A stretch of 32,000 nt of DNA from NCBI GenBank assembly GCA_021797495.1, contig JAJZZO010000001.1:15533-47532 (forward strand), read 5' to 3'. The first letter of the stretch is position 1; every line of letters starts with the position of its first letter. The notes under the pieces were generated by a model. That model worked only from the letters and a program-made list of their open reading frames with translations, was not told the origin of the DNA and did no database searches. Shown in pieces: positions 1 to 8,327 of the stretch. The DNA is from Candidatus Micrarchaeota archaeon. Lineage in GTDB: Archaea; Micrarchaeota; Micrarchaeia; Micrarchaeales; Micrarchaeaceae. The position numbers and the translations under genes were made by a program.

Positions 1-503
1 TGTATGTAATTTCCAGGGGTCGTTCCGCTCGGCACACCGAGACCGAAATAAATTATGCTGTTTGTGGCTGGTGTGCTAAGACTAGGAGCAGTTACTATCT
101 CGTTGGTATCAGCAAACGTCGTAGTGAGAGCGTTGCCTGCATACGAGGTCAATGATGTCGGGTTCCATAACGTGTTGCCAACGCTAAAAGTAACGGCAGT
201 ATTTGAAGTAAGTGCCCAAGAGGTGCCCTCCACGAGTATGTTAGCACCTATATTGCCTCCACTGTCCGTATCTGTTACGGGCACATTAGTGTTGTAGGAT
301 GTCCCTGGAAAAATGCTCCCGAAGTTTATGACGTTGCCTCCGGTAGAATTGGTAACTGATAAATATATGACATTGCCGACGTTGACGTTCGCAGCCAATG
401 CGGTGTTGCTGCTTGCATAGCTGAAGTGCAACGCCTGGAATGAAAATACAATCATCACTGCAAACGCAATAATTAATGATGTAAGTACAATCGCTGTTCT
501 CAT
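1..503 (-). CDS. Secreted beta-sandwich protein, N-terminus in window and C-terminus off the left edge; paralog of the C-terminal domain of the adjacent 1148-aa protein
   Basis: Absent from the ORF track because no stop lies in the window. ATG at 503 on the minus strand, with the frame checked codon by codon and open to position 1. MRTAIVLTSLIIAFAVMIVFSFQALHFSYA looks like a signal peptide. The mature part (INFGSIFPG..VTDTDSGGN..ILVEGTSW..FSVGNTLW..IYFGLGVPSGTTPGNY) aligns with aa ~1040-1140 of the 636..4082 product (IDFGTLYPN..VTDTNSGNT..ILVYGGNW..FGVSNTTW..IYFGLGIPDGAPDGHY). Supersedes track ORFs 55..297(+) and 286..516(-). Confidence 0.75.
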   Translation of the reverse strand, partial: MRTAIVLTSLIIAFAVMIVFSFQALHFSYASSNTALAANVNVGNVIYLSVTNSTGGNVINFGSIFPGTSYNTNVPVTDTDSGGNIGANILVEGTSWALTSNTAVTFSVGNTLWNPTSLTSYAGNALTTTFADTNEIVTAPSLSTPATNSIIYFGLGVPSGTTPGNYI

Positions 504-635
504 GAAGATCGTCCAATCAATAATGACAATATACATTTAAAAACTTATTTGCATCTAGCATCAGAAACACATAAGACAACTTAATGGTGTAAAAGGTAAA
601 CCCACATACCCTACCTGCGACAAACTCACTTAATT

Positions 636-3600
636 TCAGCAGCTATTCTCTATCGTTATTGTCTGAGAATAATGTCCGTCAGGCGCTCCATCAGGTATCC
701 CGAGACCGAAGTATATATCATTGCTTGAGGAAGCGGGTACCAATATCAGGGTATTGGTTGCAGTAGTAGAAAGCCTATTTGCGGGGAATGCAGCGTCGCT
801 GGTAGCTGCCCAAGTGGTGTTGCTCACTCCAAACGAGGTAGGTCCTATCCAGTTACCTCCGTAAACAAGGATTGATGCTTGTGTATTCCCAGAATTTGTA
901 TCTGTAACTGTTTCATCTGTTGGAATTGCCTGGTTCGGATACAAAGTTCCAAAATCTATGGTGTTCGGTGTTACTGATATTGTGCATGTTGACGTTATAG
1001 AATTAGATTTAAAATCTGCGGTTATTGTGCCATTGCCCGCAATTGTTAACGTCGTCGAGTCGGAATTTAGGTTTGCCACTGTCAAATTGATAGAATTAGT
1101 CACTTCCCAATTACTAAATGTATAACCGGGCGGGGGATTTGCAGTTATATTATAAGTTCCGATAAGTTCAGCTGATTGTCCATTTGTATATGATGTTGTA
1201 TTCAGTGTTATAGTTCCGTTACTTGGATTATCATCAAAAAAAACTTTATAAGGGGGAAATACATACGATGCCATTGAATAAGAAGAGTTACCGGACGGTG
1301 TAACTTCAGAGTTATACGAACCCGAATTCTGCCTACAGGCATATATTACAGTTTGTGCTGAACTTAAAGAAGTTAATGAATTACTAATCAAAGCGCAACT
1401 CGGAGGAACAGCCATAGAACTAAAATGATATGGTGTTACTGACTCAGCTAATATGACGAAGCTATTATTCTTTTGCACTGTATAGCTTAAGTTTTCAGAG
1501 ATTCCAGACAAACCACTTTTGTCGAATACATTCCCATTTTGTAATAGCACATCAGCCCCGATACCACTTAGTGAGAGATTGGATGGGTAATTTCCATAAA
1601 TCACAGTACCTACATTTTCTGTGCTGTGACCTATATTTGTCATGTTAAATCCGTATTCCTTGGAAATACATACTAGTAAATTTAATGTTTTTAAACCACC
1701 GTAGCCATTATATGGATTATTTAATAAATTAAAATTTGACTTTGAAAATATTACATTTTTACTGATTTTTGGATTGTTAGCAACTGTAGTGGTAGTAATT
1801 GTTGGGCAAAATTCATTTTCGTATGTATAGTTAGTTGTTGTTGACCAGTTATCTTCGAATGGCACCGGAGGAGTCAATAAAACTGCAGTTATGCCACCAT
1901 ATAAGTAAAAGTAGGTTTTATAATTTGGTTTTAAGATTAACGACAGTGGTGTGCTGGTTCCAGTAGTAGTATTTCCATAAGTTATATACTCATTTGAATA
2001 TATTGTAGTAAGCACTGTAGAGGTAGTAGATGTAGATGTTGTAGAGGTAGTAGATGTAGATGTAGATGTTGTAGAGGTAGTGAATGAAACATTAAGCGTA
2101 TTACTAGAAATAAGGTTGCCACTGGATGGTGATGGTACATAAGTAGTTCCAGATACAACCTGATTGGGGATTGTGTAACCATATGTACCAGGAGATGTAA
2201 AGAATTTTATAGTATTTGTAATGCTGAAGTTAAGTACTCCGTTATACGTCACGTTCCATTTTGAACCACTAGGAAGCCCTGTTTCTGTGAATGATGCCAC
2301 ACTATTCCAACTAGCAGTCACAATACCATTACCCATCACAGTTAAATTAGTTGTAGGAACAGTGCTTGATGAAAGAGTAAGGTTGGAATTACTAACAGTC
2401 CAGCCATTGAATACATAAGATCCTGTAGCTGGAGGATTTGCTGTCAATGTATTTGTGCCTATGGCGTTCATCGCAGCGCCGCTAGCATATGTATTACCGT
2501 TTGTTGCTATTGTTGCGGTGCTCGGGTTATCATTTAGTACTACGTGATATTCTGGGAATACATACGCCGCCATGGCAGATTGCGTGCTCGTTCCTACTGT
2601 AATGCCAGCGGTTTGCGAACCTGCAGCGGCTATGGTGCATATGGCAGCAATAGAAGATGTGATTGTGCTGTTGACATCCTGCTCTGTGGTGCATCCAGCA
2701 GGGAAAGATGTAGCTGTTATTTTGCTGCCTGCGGAATCAGCGAGAAGAACCACAAAACTATTGCTTGTGAGCGTTGTGAATGCAAGGCTCGGTGCCGTGG
2801 TGGTGTTGGTCTTGCTTGTGAAAATTACCCCGTTGTTAGCTAATATAACATTTGCACCTACGCCAGCGAGGGAAATATTATAAGAAGTTGCGCCTCCGAC
2901 AAGGAATACGCTTGCAGTGTCGTTTGTCGTATGGCCTATTATCGAGGAATTGGAGTTTCGGCCAGCTGGCTTCCCTCCAGTGACGAGCTCCTGTATGATT
3001 ACATCTTCGTTCACGTTAAATGATGGCGTCGCGCCGTTAACGCCACCCTCTTCTGCTCCTGTACCAAAGAAATATGCAGGATACCCAGAAGCCAGAGTGA
3101 GTGTGGTGCTGTTAGTGGTTGCTGTGGCGCCGCCAGTTACAAATCCAACTGCATATGTCGAAAGGGAGTTCGATACTGCAGAGTAGGTATAATAGGTCGC
3201 GCTTCTCCCTACAAAAGATGTCGGCAATGCCCGCCATCCATTATTATAATACTTGAAAAGCCTTATGTTGCCGTTTCCAGTGTGCTGAGCAGTTACCCAC
3301 GATCGAGTAACATTGAAAGTATATATGACGTTGGATATGTTCCTATCCAGATTTGCTGGCTCGGTTATTTTTATGTACCTGTAAACACCACTGGGAACCG
3401 GAACTCCTTCTGGATTGTTTGTGCTTGTATTAACCACTATGTTGGCAGCCATTCCTGATTTCATACTTATGTCTATACTGTCAAGTAATGTTGAATTGAA
3501 TGGTATTTTTTGCGAAAGGGCATTGTTTAGATATATGCTCGCTGGCAATCTTTCACCTTGCCGAATGGTTGTTGTAGGCGTTACGATGGAGGTTGTGGTG

Positions 3601-4082
3601 CTCTTAGATGTGGTAGATATGGAAGTCGTAGTCGAAGTAGAAACAGCGTTATAGGTCACTGAATTTGACGCTATCACTGCTTTTGAGTCCTCGATTGCTG
3701 CTTTGACTACGAATATCCCACTGCCCCATAAGGTGTTCTGCGTGAACGAGAGCGTATTTGACGTTGAATTTACTTCGGTATATAATGTATTTGCGACTTC
3801 AGTGTTTGAACTATTGTATATGGTAAAATTATACGAGTACGGTGGCACTCCGCCTATAACATTTGCTGTAAGAATTTCATTGCTTCCGGAGTAAAGCACG
3901 TTAGCACTAAGGTCAAGATGCACTGTAAACGCCGGACTATTGGGTTCCTGGAATGTTGCTTGAGTAGGGCTCAATATCTGCTGAGCTGGCACTGCAAGGA
4001 CTAAAGCTAGCATCGTAAAAAACAGCATCTTCGACGCGAAATTTGGTTTCATCGTATCATTCGGATATTGAAAGCAAAACAT
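636..4082 (-). CDS. Large secreted multi-domain surface glycoprotein: PKD/Ig-like, PGF-pre-PGF-like, two copies of a ~300-aa module each ending in an InlB-B-repeat-like unit, and a C-terminal beta-sandwich
   Basis: 1148-aa ORF; the more likely start is ATG 4052, giving signal peptide MKPNFASKMLFFTMLALVLAVPAQQ. Domain motifs: GGVPPYSYNF (PKD-like); YRYIKITEP..IRLFKYYNNGWRALPT..STYAVG (PGF-pre-PGF-like); FTETGLPSGSKWNVTYNG (repeat type seen in Sulfolobales/Thermoplasmatales surface proteins). Duplicated modules lie at aa ~325-595 and ~700-1025 (GHTTNDTASVFLVGG / GHSTENVGTVIYGN; VFPEYHVVLNDNPS..ANPPATGSYVFNGWTV / VFPPYKVFFDDNPS..ANPPPGYTFSNWEV). It also has Ser/Thr linkers and dozens of N-x-S/T sequons. 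Confidence 0.9.
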   Translation of the reverse strand: MFCFQYPNDTMKPNFASKMLFFTMLALVLAVPAQQILSPTQATFQEPNSPAFTVHLDLSANVLYSGSNEILTANVIGGVPPYSYNFTIYNSSNTEVANTLYTEVNSTSNTLSFTQNTLWGSGIFVVKAAIEDSKAVIASNSVTYNAVSTSTTTSISTTSKSTTTSIVTPTTTIRQGERLPASIYLNNALSQKIPFNSTLLDSIDISMKSGMAANIVVNTSTNNPEGVPVPSGVYRYIKITEPANLDRNISNVIYTFNVTRSWVTAQHTGNGNIRLFKYYNNGWRALPTSFVGRSATYYTYSAVSNSLSTYAVGFVTGGATATTNSTTLTLASGYPAYFFGTGAEEGGVNGATPSFNVNEDVIIQELVTGGKPAGRNSNSSIIGHTTNDTASVFLVGGATSYNISLAGVGANVILANNGVIFTSKTNTTTAPSLAFTTLTSNSFVVLLADSAGSKITATSFPAGCTTEQDVNSTITSSIAAICTIAAAGSQTAGITVGTSTQSAMAAYVFPEYHVVLNDNPSTATIATNGNTYASGAAMNAIGTNTLTANPPATGSYVFNGWTVSNSNLTLSSSTVPTTNLTVMGNGIVTASWNSVASFTETGLPSGSKWNVTYNGVLNFSITNTIKFFTSPGTYGYTIPNQVVSGTTYVPSPSSGNLISSNTLNVSFTTSTTSTSTSTTSTTSTSTTSTVLTTIYSNEYITYGNTTTGTSTPLSLILKPNYKTYFYLYGGITAVLLTPPVPFEDNWSTTTNYTYENEFCPTITTTTVANNPKISKNVIFSKSNFNLLNNPYNGYGGLKTLNLLVCISKEYGFNMTNIGHSTENVGTVIYGNYPSNLSLSGIGADVLLQNGNVFDKSGLSGISENLSYTVQKNNSFVILAESVTPYHFSSMAVPPSCALISNSLTSLSSAQTVIYACRQNSGSYNSEVTPSGNSSYSMASYVFPPYKVFFDDNPSNGTITLNTTSYTNGQSAELIGTYNITANPPPGYTFSNWEVTNSINLTVANLNSDSTTLTIAGNGTITADFKSNSITSTCTISVTPNTIDFGTLYPNQAIPTDETVTDTNSGNTQASILVYGGNWIGPTSFGVSNTTWAATSDAAFPANRLSTTATNTLILVPASSSNDIYFGLGIPDGAPDGHYSQTITIENSC
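2017..2082 (-). repeat. Intragenic tandem repeat (24-nt unit, 30-nt unit, 12-nt partial unit) encoding a Thr/Ser linker
   Basis: Plus strand reads gtagaggtagtagatgtagatgtt (2017-2040), then gtagaggtagtagatgtagatgtagatgtt (2041-2070), then gtagaggtagtg (2071-2082). On the minus strand this encodes TSTTSTSTSTTSTTSTSTTST between the GLPSG domain and module 2. Confidence 0.85.
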
Positions 4083-4103
4083 TATTTATTTATGGGAACT
4101 GGG

Positions 4104-4877
4104 CTAATGCCTACGTCTGCCGCCGAACAGCAGGGAAAGCAAGCCGCGCCTGCGCATCGTCGGCACTTTCGAGCCAGGCACAGCATAATATGTCTTTGCC
4201 AGCTTATCTATTCCCTTCGAAAAGTTACATCTCCTGCTGTATAAATATGCAGGTATGTGATCCTCTATGCTGAGAGGTACGATGTCGTCTTCTGGCAGTT
4301 TCCCGGTAATCCTGTTCTCATACATCTCTTCTATTTCCTTATCATGGAGTTCATAGCGCTTGCCCTTTACCTTGTTGAGCACGAGCTTGTGCTCCAGGTG
4401 CATCCTGTCGAACCATGCCGTGAGCCTTACTATATTGGCTACGCTAGCCATCTCCGGAGTGGATACAAGCAGCGCTTCGTTATAATACTTCCCCATATGT
4501 TCTACAGCATAGCCAGGGGCGGTATCCACTATAACGAAGTCGTAATTGCTGTTCTTCACGATAGCAGTGAACCTTTGCATCATTTCGTTGTTTACTATGT
4601 ACTCTTCCTGCGTGAGCACACCCGGAACAACATGCAGTCCGGAAGGCGCATGCGCCACCCTTGCATTGACCAGCTTCACCTTGCCCATAAGCAGCTCTTT
4701 GACACCTGTATTCGAGTCCTCAATACCTAGGTGAAATCCAACGGATGGATTTACTGTGTCACCATCGATGAGTAGTACTTGATATCCGCTGCACTGCAAG
4801 GCTATGGATAAGTTAACGGCTACGGTGGTTTTCCCTACGCCGCCCTTTTGCGATGACACTCTTATCAGGTATGGCAT
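4104..4877 (-). CDS. MinD/ParA-family P-loop ATPase (archaeal MinD-like)
   Basis: Deviant Walker A SSQKGGVGKTTVAVNLS, then LLIDGDTVNPS, and a Walker B-like FVIVDTAPG. The C-terminal RRRGLLSLLFGGRRRH resembles an amphipathic membrane-targeting helix. Its stop lies 21-51 nt upstream of the 1148-aa gene start, depending on which start is used. Confidence 0.9.
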   Translation of the reverse strand: MPYLIRVSSQKGGVGKTTVAVNLSIALQCSGYQVLLIDGDTVNPSVGFHLGIEDSNTGVKELLMGKVKLVNARVAHAPSGLHVVPGVLTQEEYIVNNEMMQRFTAIVKNSNYDFVIVDTAPGYAVEHMGKYYNEALLVSTPEMASVANIVRLTAWFDRMHLEHKLVLNKVKGKRYELHDKEIEEMYENRITGKLPEDDIVPLSIEDHIPAYLYSRRCNFSKGIDKLAKTYYAVPGSKVPTMRRRGLLSLLFGGRRRH

Positions 4878-5011
4878 TCTATCAACATCTCATAACGGGA
4901 CTCAATGTATAAGTATGGGGTTAATATCTGAATGGCGAGCACTCGGACTTTGTTGAACGGTGTTCAATGCCTGTTTATCTTCACGAAAACCATCTGATGC
5001 CGGTTAGAACA

Positions 5012-6976
5012 TTACTTAGTTCTTCTCATAGCCTCGCGGAGCCGTTTCAGCTTTGCGGCCCTTTGTGAGCTGTACTTTGGCTTGTTCATCGATTTTGCAA
5101 CTGCAATACTAATTATAATAATAACTAAAAATATTATACCATACACTCCGTACACCCCGTAGGCTATCAACGGCGCCTTGTGTGCCTGCTGTGTTGCAGG
5201 TATGGTAGTTGTCGTAACAGGTGGCTTAGCAAGCACCATCAGAGGTATCTCATAGCTCAGGTTTGCACCGATAGTCCCGATGTGCATGTTCATTATTGTA
5301 GTGCCTGCTGAACTAGGCTTGACTGCGAAGTTCTCTACGAATACGCTGTTTGGGGTGGCATTTACACGCTGCGTTGAATTGTATATTATTACGTCTGAAG
5401 GACCTGTTAGGTATGCGATCACGCTTTGCGGCACTATGCCACTGTAAAAGGCTGTAAGTGCTATGGTATTCTCTGTGCCTGCATAAAAAGTCGGTGCGCT
5501 TATGGATAAAACTCTCAATATGCTTGACGGAATGGCAGTTGAAGGTGCGGCTATTACTTCAGCAACGTGCGCCAGCGAGGGATAGTTCATCATATTTGCC
5601 AGAGTGAAGTATGCATATGTACTGGAATTCTTAGGCAGCGCTCCTATATACCAATTTATGACGTAACTTCCGTTAACAGTGCTTATAAAATGGGGAAGGC
5701 CGTATGCGCTTATATGCGAGCTGTTTTTCACAACACTACTAGGTATTATGGTCTTCACTACAACATTTGTCAGGTTTTTTGTTGTTGGATTGTTTATAAT
5801 CACGACACCAGTGGCATTGTTTGTATTGTTCACAAGCGTTATGCTATGCACTGCGGAAGCAAACATGGGATGGGATACCTCAAGAGTCACATAAAGCGTT
5901 TCTTTTGTGACAGTTTGTCCTATGCCTACTGTTACATTCACAGGTATTATGTACTGCCCCTGCGATAAGGTATTTGCCGCTGACACAACAGTGCTGATCC
6001 CTACTGTTTGTTTCGGTTCTATCGAGAGGTTTGTTGCAGATAAGCCCAACATACTTGAGTATACTGGGGCGACAGCGAAATCCACATATTCTGTGGCATT
6101 GCCATCGTTTCTTATACTCACAATCTCGGATTTGGAACTGCCAGTGAACAGCGAGACCAAGAACGGGAAGGCTAGCAAGGAAAACTTTGGTATTTGTATA
6201 AACGGTTCCGAAACCGGTTGACTGGTCCGCGGTGCAGAGACTGTATAGTTTATGCTGGCATATTTGCTTTGCGGAATTTTGTTAACTAAATATGTTATGT
6301 TAAGGATTGCGCGATACTTACCTGGCAATCGCGTAGAGTTGTATGATGTGACTGTAAAGCTATGGGTTTGCGAGGGAAGCAGCGAATAGTTAGATGGTAT
6401 TATTATTACTGAATCCACCGGTCCTGTAATGCGTATACGCACGTTTATAGAATTTGCTAAGGCGTAACTGCCCGTGTTATTGATTGTGAAGTAAAAATAT
6501 TGAGGACTGCGCTGCATGATGTTCTGGCTCGTGTTGAAGCTCGTTATATTAATGTTTGCCTGTTTGTATACGCGTATTGTGGCATTTTGCGTATTTGTAA
6601 AGTTAGCATATGAGAACAATAGCTTAGCTGTGTAATTGCCTGCAGGAACAGTGCTTGCGTCGAACTTGAAATTATATGGTACTGGGTTTTCGCTAACGTT
6701 TATGCTGCTGATTGGAAGAGTATATACCGAAGTGCCGTTGGATTCCAAGATAGAAAAATAGCCATTCATGTCATGTATAGTGCAATTGTAAGACGTGTAT
6801 ATTGTAAAGTTGCCAATCTGGTTAGAACTGGATGTATATACCGGATGAGCGCCTAGCCTGAGTATGAAAGGGCACTGCACTGTAACTCCTGCATTGAGCC
6901 CTGTTTGGTTTGAGCCATAAGCAAAACTGGAGATAGCGAGCAAACCCAATACTAACACTGCCAATGATGTATGCAT
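5012..6976 (-). CDS. C-terminally membrane-anchored surface glycoprotein with repeated CARDB/NEW3-like beta-sandwich domains (S-layer-like candidate)
   Basis: Signal peptide MHTSLAVLVLGLLAISSFAYG. Repeated motifs of the kind YFYFTINNTGSYAL, EIVSIRNDGNATEYVDF and GQYIIPVNVTV. Many N-x-S/T sequons. A Thr-rich stalk PPVTTTTIP is followed by a TM helix (IAYGVYGVYGIIFLVIIIISIAVA) and a basic tail KSMNKPKYSSQRAAKLKRLREAMRRTK. Confidence 0.8.
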   Translation of the reverse strand: MHTSLAVLVLGLLAISSFAYGSNQTGLNAGVTVQCPFILRLGAHPVYTSSSNQIGNFTIYTSYNCTIHDMNGYFSILESNGTSVYTLPISSINVSENPVPYNFKFDASTVPAGNYTAKLLFSYANFTNTQNATIRVYKQANINITSFNTSQNIMQRSPQYFYFTINNTGSYALANSINVRIRITGPVDSVIIIPSNYSLLPSQTHSFTVTSYNSTRLPGKYRAILNITYLVNKIPQSKYASINYTVSAPRTSQPVSEPFIQIPKFSLLAFPFLVSLFTGSSKSEIVSIRNDGNATEYVDFAVAPVYSSMLGLSATNLSIEPKQTVGISTVVSAANTLSQGQYIIPVNVTVGIGQTVTKETLYVTLEVSHPMFASAVHSITLVNNTNNATGVVIINNPTTKNLTNVVVKTIIPSSVVKNSSHISAYGLPHFISTVNGSYVINWYIGALPKNSSTYAYFTLANMMNYPSLAHVAEVIAAPSTAIPSSILRVLSISAPTFYAGTENTIALTAFYSGIVPQSVIAYLTGPSDVIIYNSTQRVNATPNSVFVENFAVKPSSAGTTIMNMHIGTIGANLSYEIPLMVLAKPPVTTTTIPATQQAHKAPLIAYGVYGVYGIIFLVIIIISIAVAKSMNKPKYSSQRAAKLKRLREAMRRTK

Positions 6977-7280
6977 TGCATCAACCTACTATTCAAGCGA
7001 AAAAACTAAAACGATATATACGGCGCAAAAATGCCATATGCTACGTTGCATATGTCCTGTGGCAATGGGGATAATATCTTGAAAGGCAATACCTTCCTAA
7101 AGCATTGATGGCATTACGCTCTACCAGAATATGGGAGATGAACTCCACCTCCAACAATTATAATGGGAAAGACTAAGAACGTTGAAGGTGATAGATGATT
7201 ATTGACTGCACAACGGCTAGCTTGTCGTTAAGAAGTTAACATAACGGGATGTCCTTGTACATGAATAGCGCTCCGGTGTT

Positions 7281-8327
7281 TTGTTGATAGAGGTCAGCTC
7301 TGGGTTCATAAGTGGACTATACGCTTCGGTTTATGGCTATCTCCTGCACTATATGCCGCAGCTGTTTGCTAACGTCCTTTCATTCATAATAGCATTTGCG
7401 GTATTCGCTGTGCTCCTTGCAATACTAATAGTGCTGTTCGTCTATATGTTCGGCTGGGGCGAAAGGAAGATAATGGGCCGCATGCAGTCCAGGCACGGGC
7501 CGACTTACACTGGCCCTTTCGGCATACTCCAGAATATGGCAGACGTGCTCAAGCTCCTTACAAAAGAGAATATAGTGCCGAAAAACGCAGACATGCCGTT
7601 ATTCGGTATGATACTTCCGATAGTATATGCGTTTTTCGTTTTCGCTTTGGCCTTCATACCTTTAACAGGCACATTCGTTGGCATAAACACCTCGCTGGCA
7701 CTTATAGCCGTGTTTCTGGTATTATCATTCATACCAATACTGATTTTCCTTGCAGGGTGGACAAGCGGCAACAAATTCGGTTCTATAAGCGCTCAAAGGT
7801 CGGTCATAATGCTGGTTAGCTACGAACTCCCTCTGATATTGGTTGTGGCTTCCGTGGCAATCGCAGCCCACAGTTTTTCATTCATAAACATAGTTTCTTC
7901 ACAGTCGCACATATGGTATGCCATAGCTCTGCCCATAGGATTTGTTCTGTTTTTCGTAATAATGCTGGCCGAGCTGGAAAGGCCACCATTTGACATCAGA
8001 GAAGCAGACAATGAGCTTATAGCAGGGTGGCTTACCGATGTCAGCGCGCCATATTACGGACTCGCCCTTTTCCTTGATTATACGCGCATGTTTACCGGAA
8101 CGCTTCTCATAACCATACTGTTCCTTGGCGGTTGGAACGGTCCGATACTTCCGCCCTTCGCATGGACCATGATAAAGGTAATAATATTAACGGTGTTCAT
8201 CATAGTGATAAGGGCTACAACAGTGAGGATGACGCTGAGAAGGCTCTTGAAAATAGGGTGGCTTTACCTTCTGCCGCTTGCAGTAATAAACATTTTGGCT
8301 TCATATATAATATTTGTGTGGTTCTGA
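7281..8327 (+). CDS. nuoH: NADH-quinone oxidoreductase subunit H
   Basis: GWGERKIMGRMQSRHGPTYTGPFGILQNMADVLKLLTKE and ELERPPFDIREADNELIAGW are NuoH/ND1 signatures; multi-TM. The track start is TTG 7281; the in-frame ATG at 7353 gives a more typical N-terminal length. Confidence 0.93.
   Translation: MLIEVSSGFISGLYASVYGYLLHYMPQLFANVLSFIIAFAVFAVLLAILIVLFVYMFGWGERKIMGRMQSRHGPTYTGPFGILQNMADVLKLLTKENIVPKNADMPLFGMILPIVYAFFVFALAFIPLTGTFVGINTSLALIAVFLVLSFIPILIFLAGWTSGNKFGSISAQRSVIMLVSYELPLILVVASVAIAAHSFSFINIVSSQSHIWYAIALPIGFVLFFVIMLAELERPPFDIREADNELIAGWLTDVSAPYYGLALFLDYTRMFTGTLLITILFLGGWNGPILPPFAWTMIKVIILTVFIIVIRATTVRMTLRRLLKIGWLYLLPLAVINILASYIIFVWF

Noticed and set aside
55-516. Track ORFs 55..297(+) and 286..516(-)
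   Set aside because: Both overlap a longer minus-strand frame (1..503). That frame has a signal peptide and clear paralogy to the neighbouring protein's C-terminal domain. The track ORFs have Cys/Arg/His-rich or low-complexity shadow-frame composition.
1982-3894. Eight short ORFs inside the 1148-aa gene (e.g. 2544..2843, 2572..2883, 2917..3186, 3415..3654)
   Set aside because: They are antisense or off-frame shadows of a long ORF with coherent domain architecture. They have no independent signals.
8132-8326. Long N-terminal extension of nuoI starting at 8132
   Set aside because: It would overlap nuoH by about 195 nt in another frame. ATG 8327 overlapping the nuoH stop gives a normal-length NuoI.
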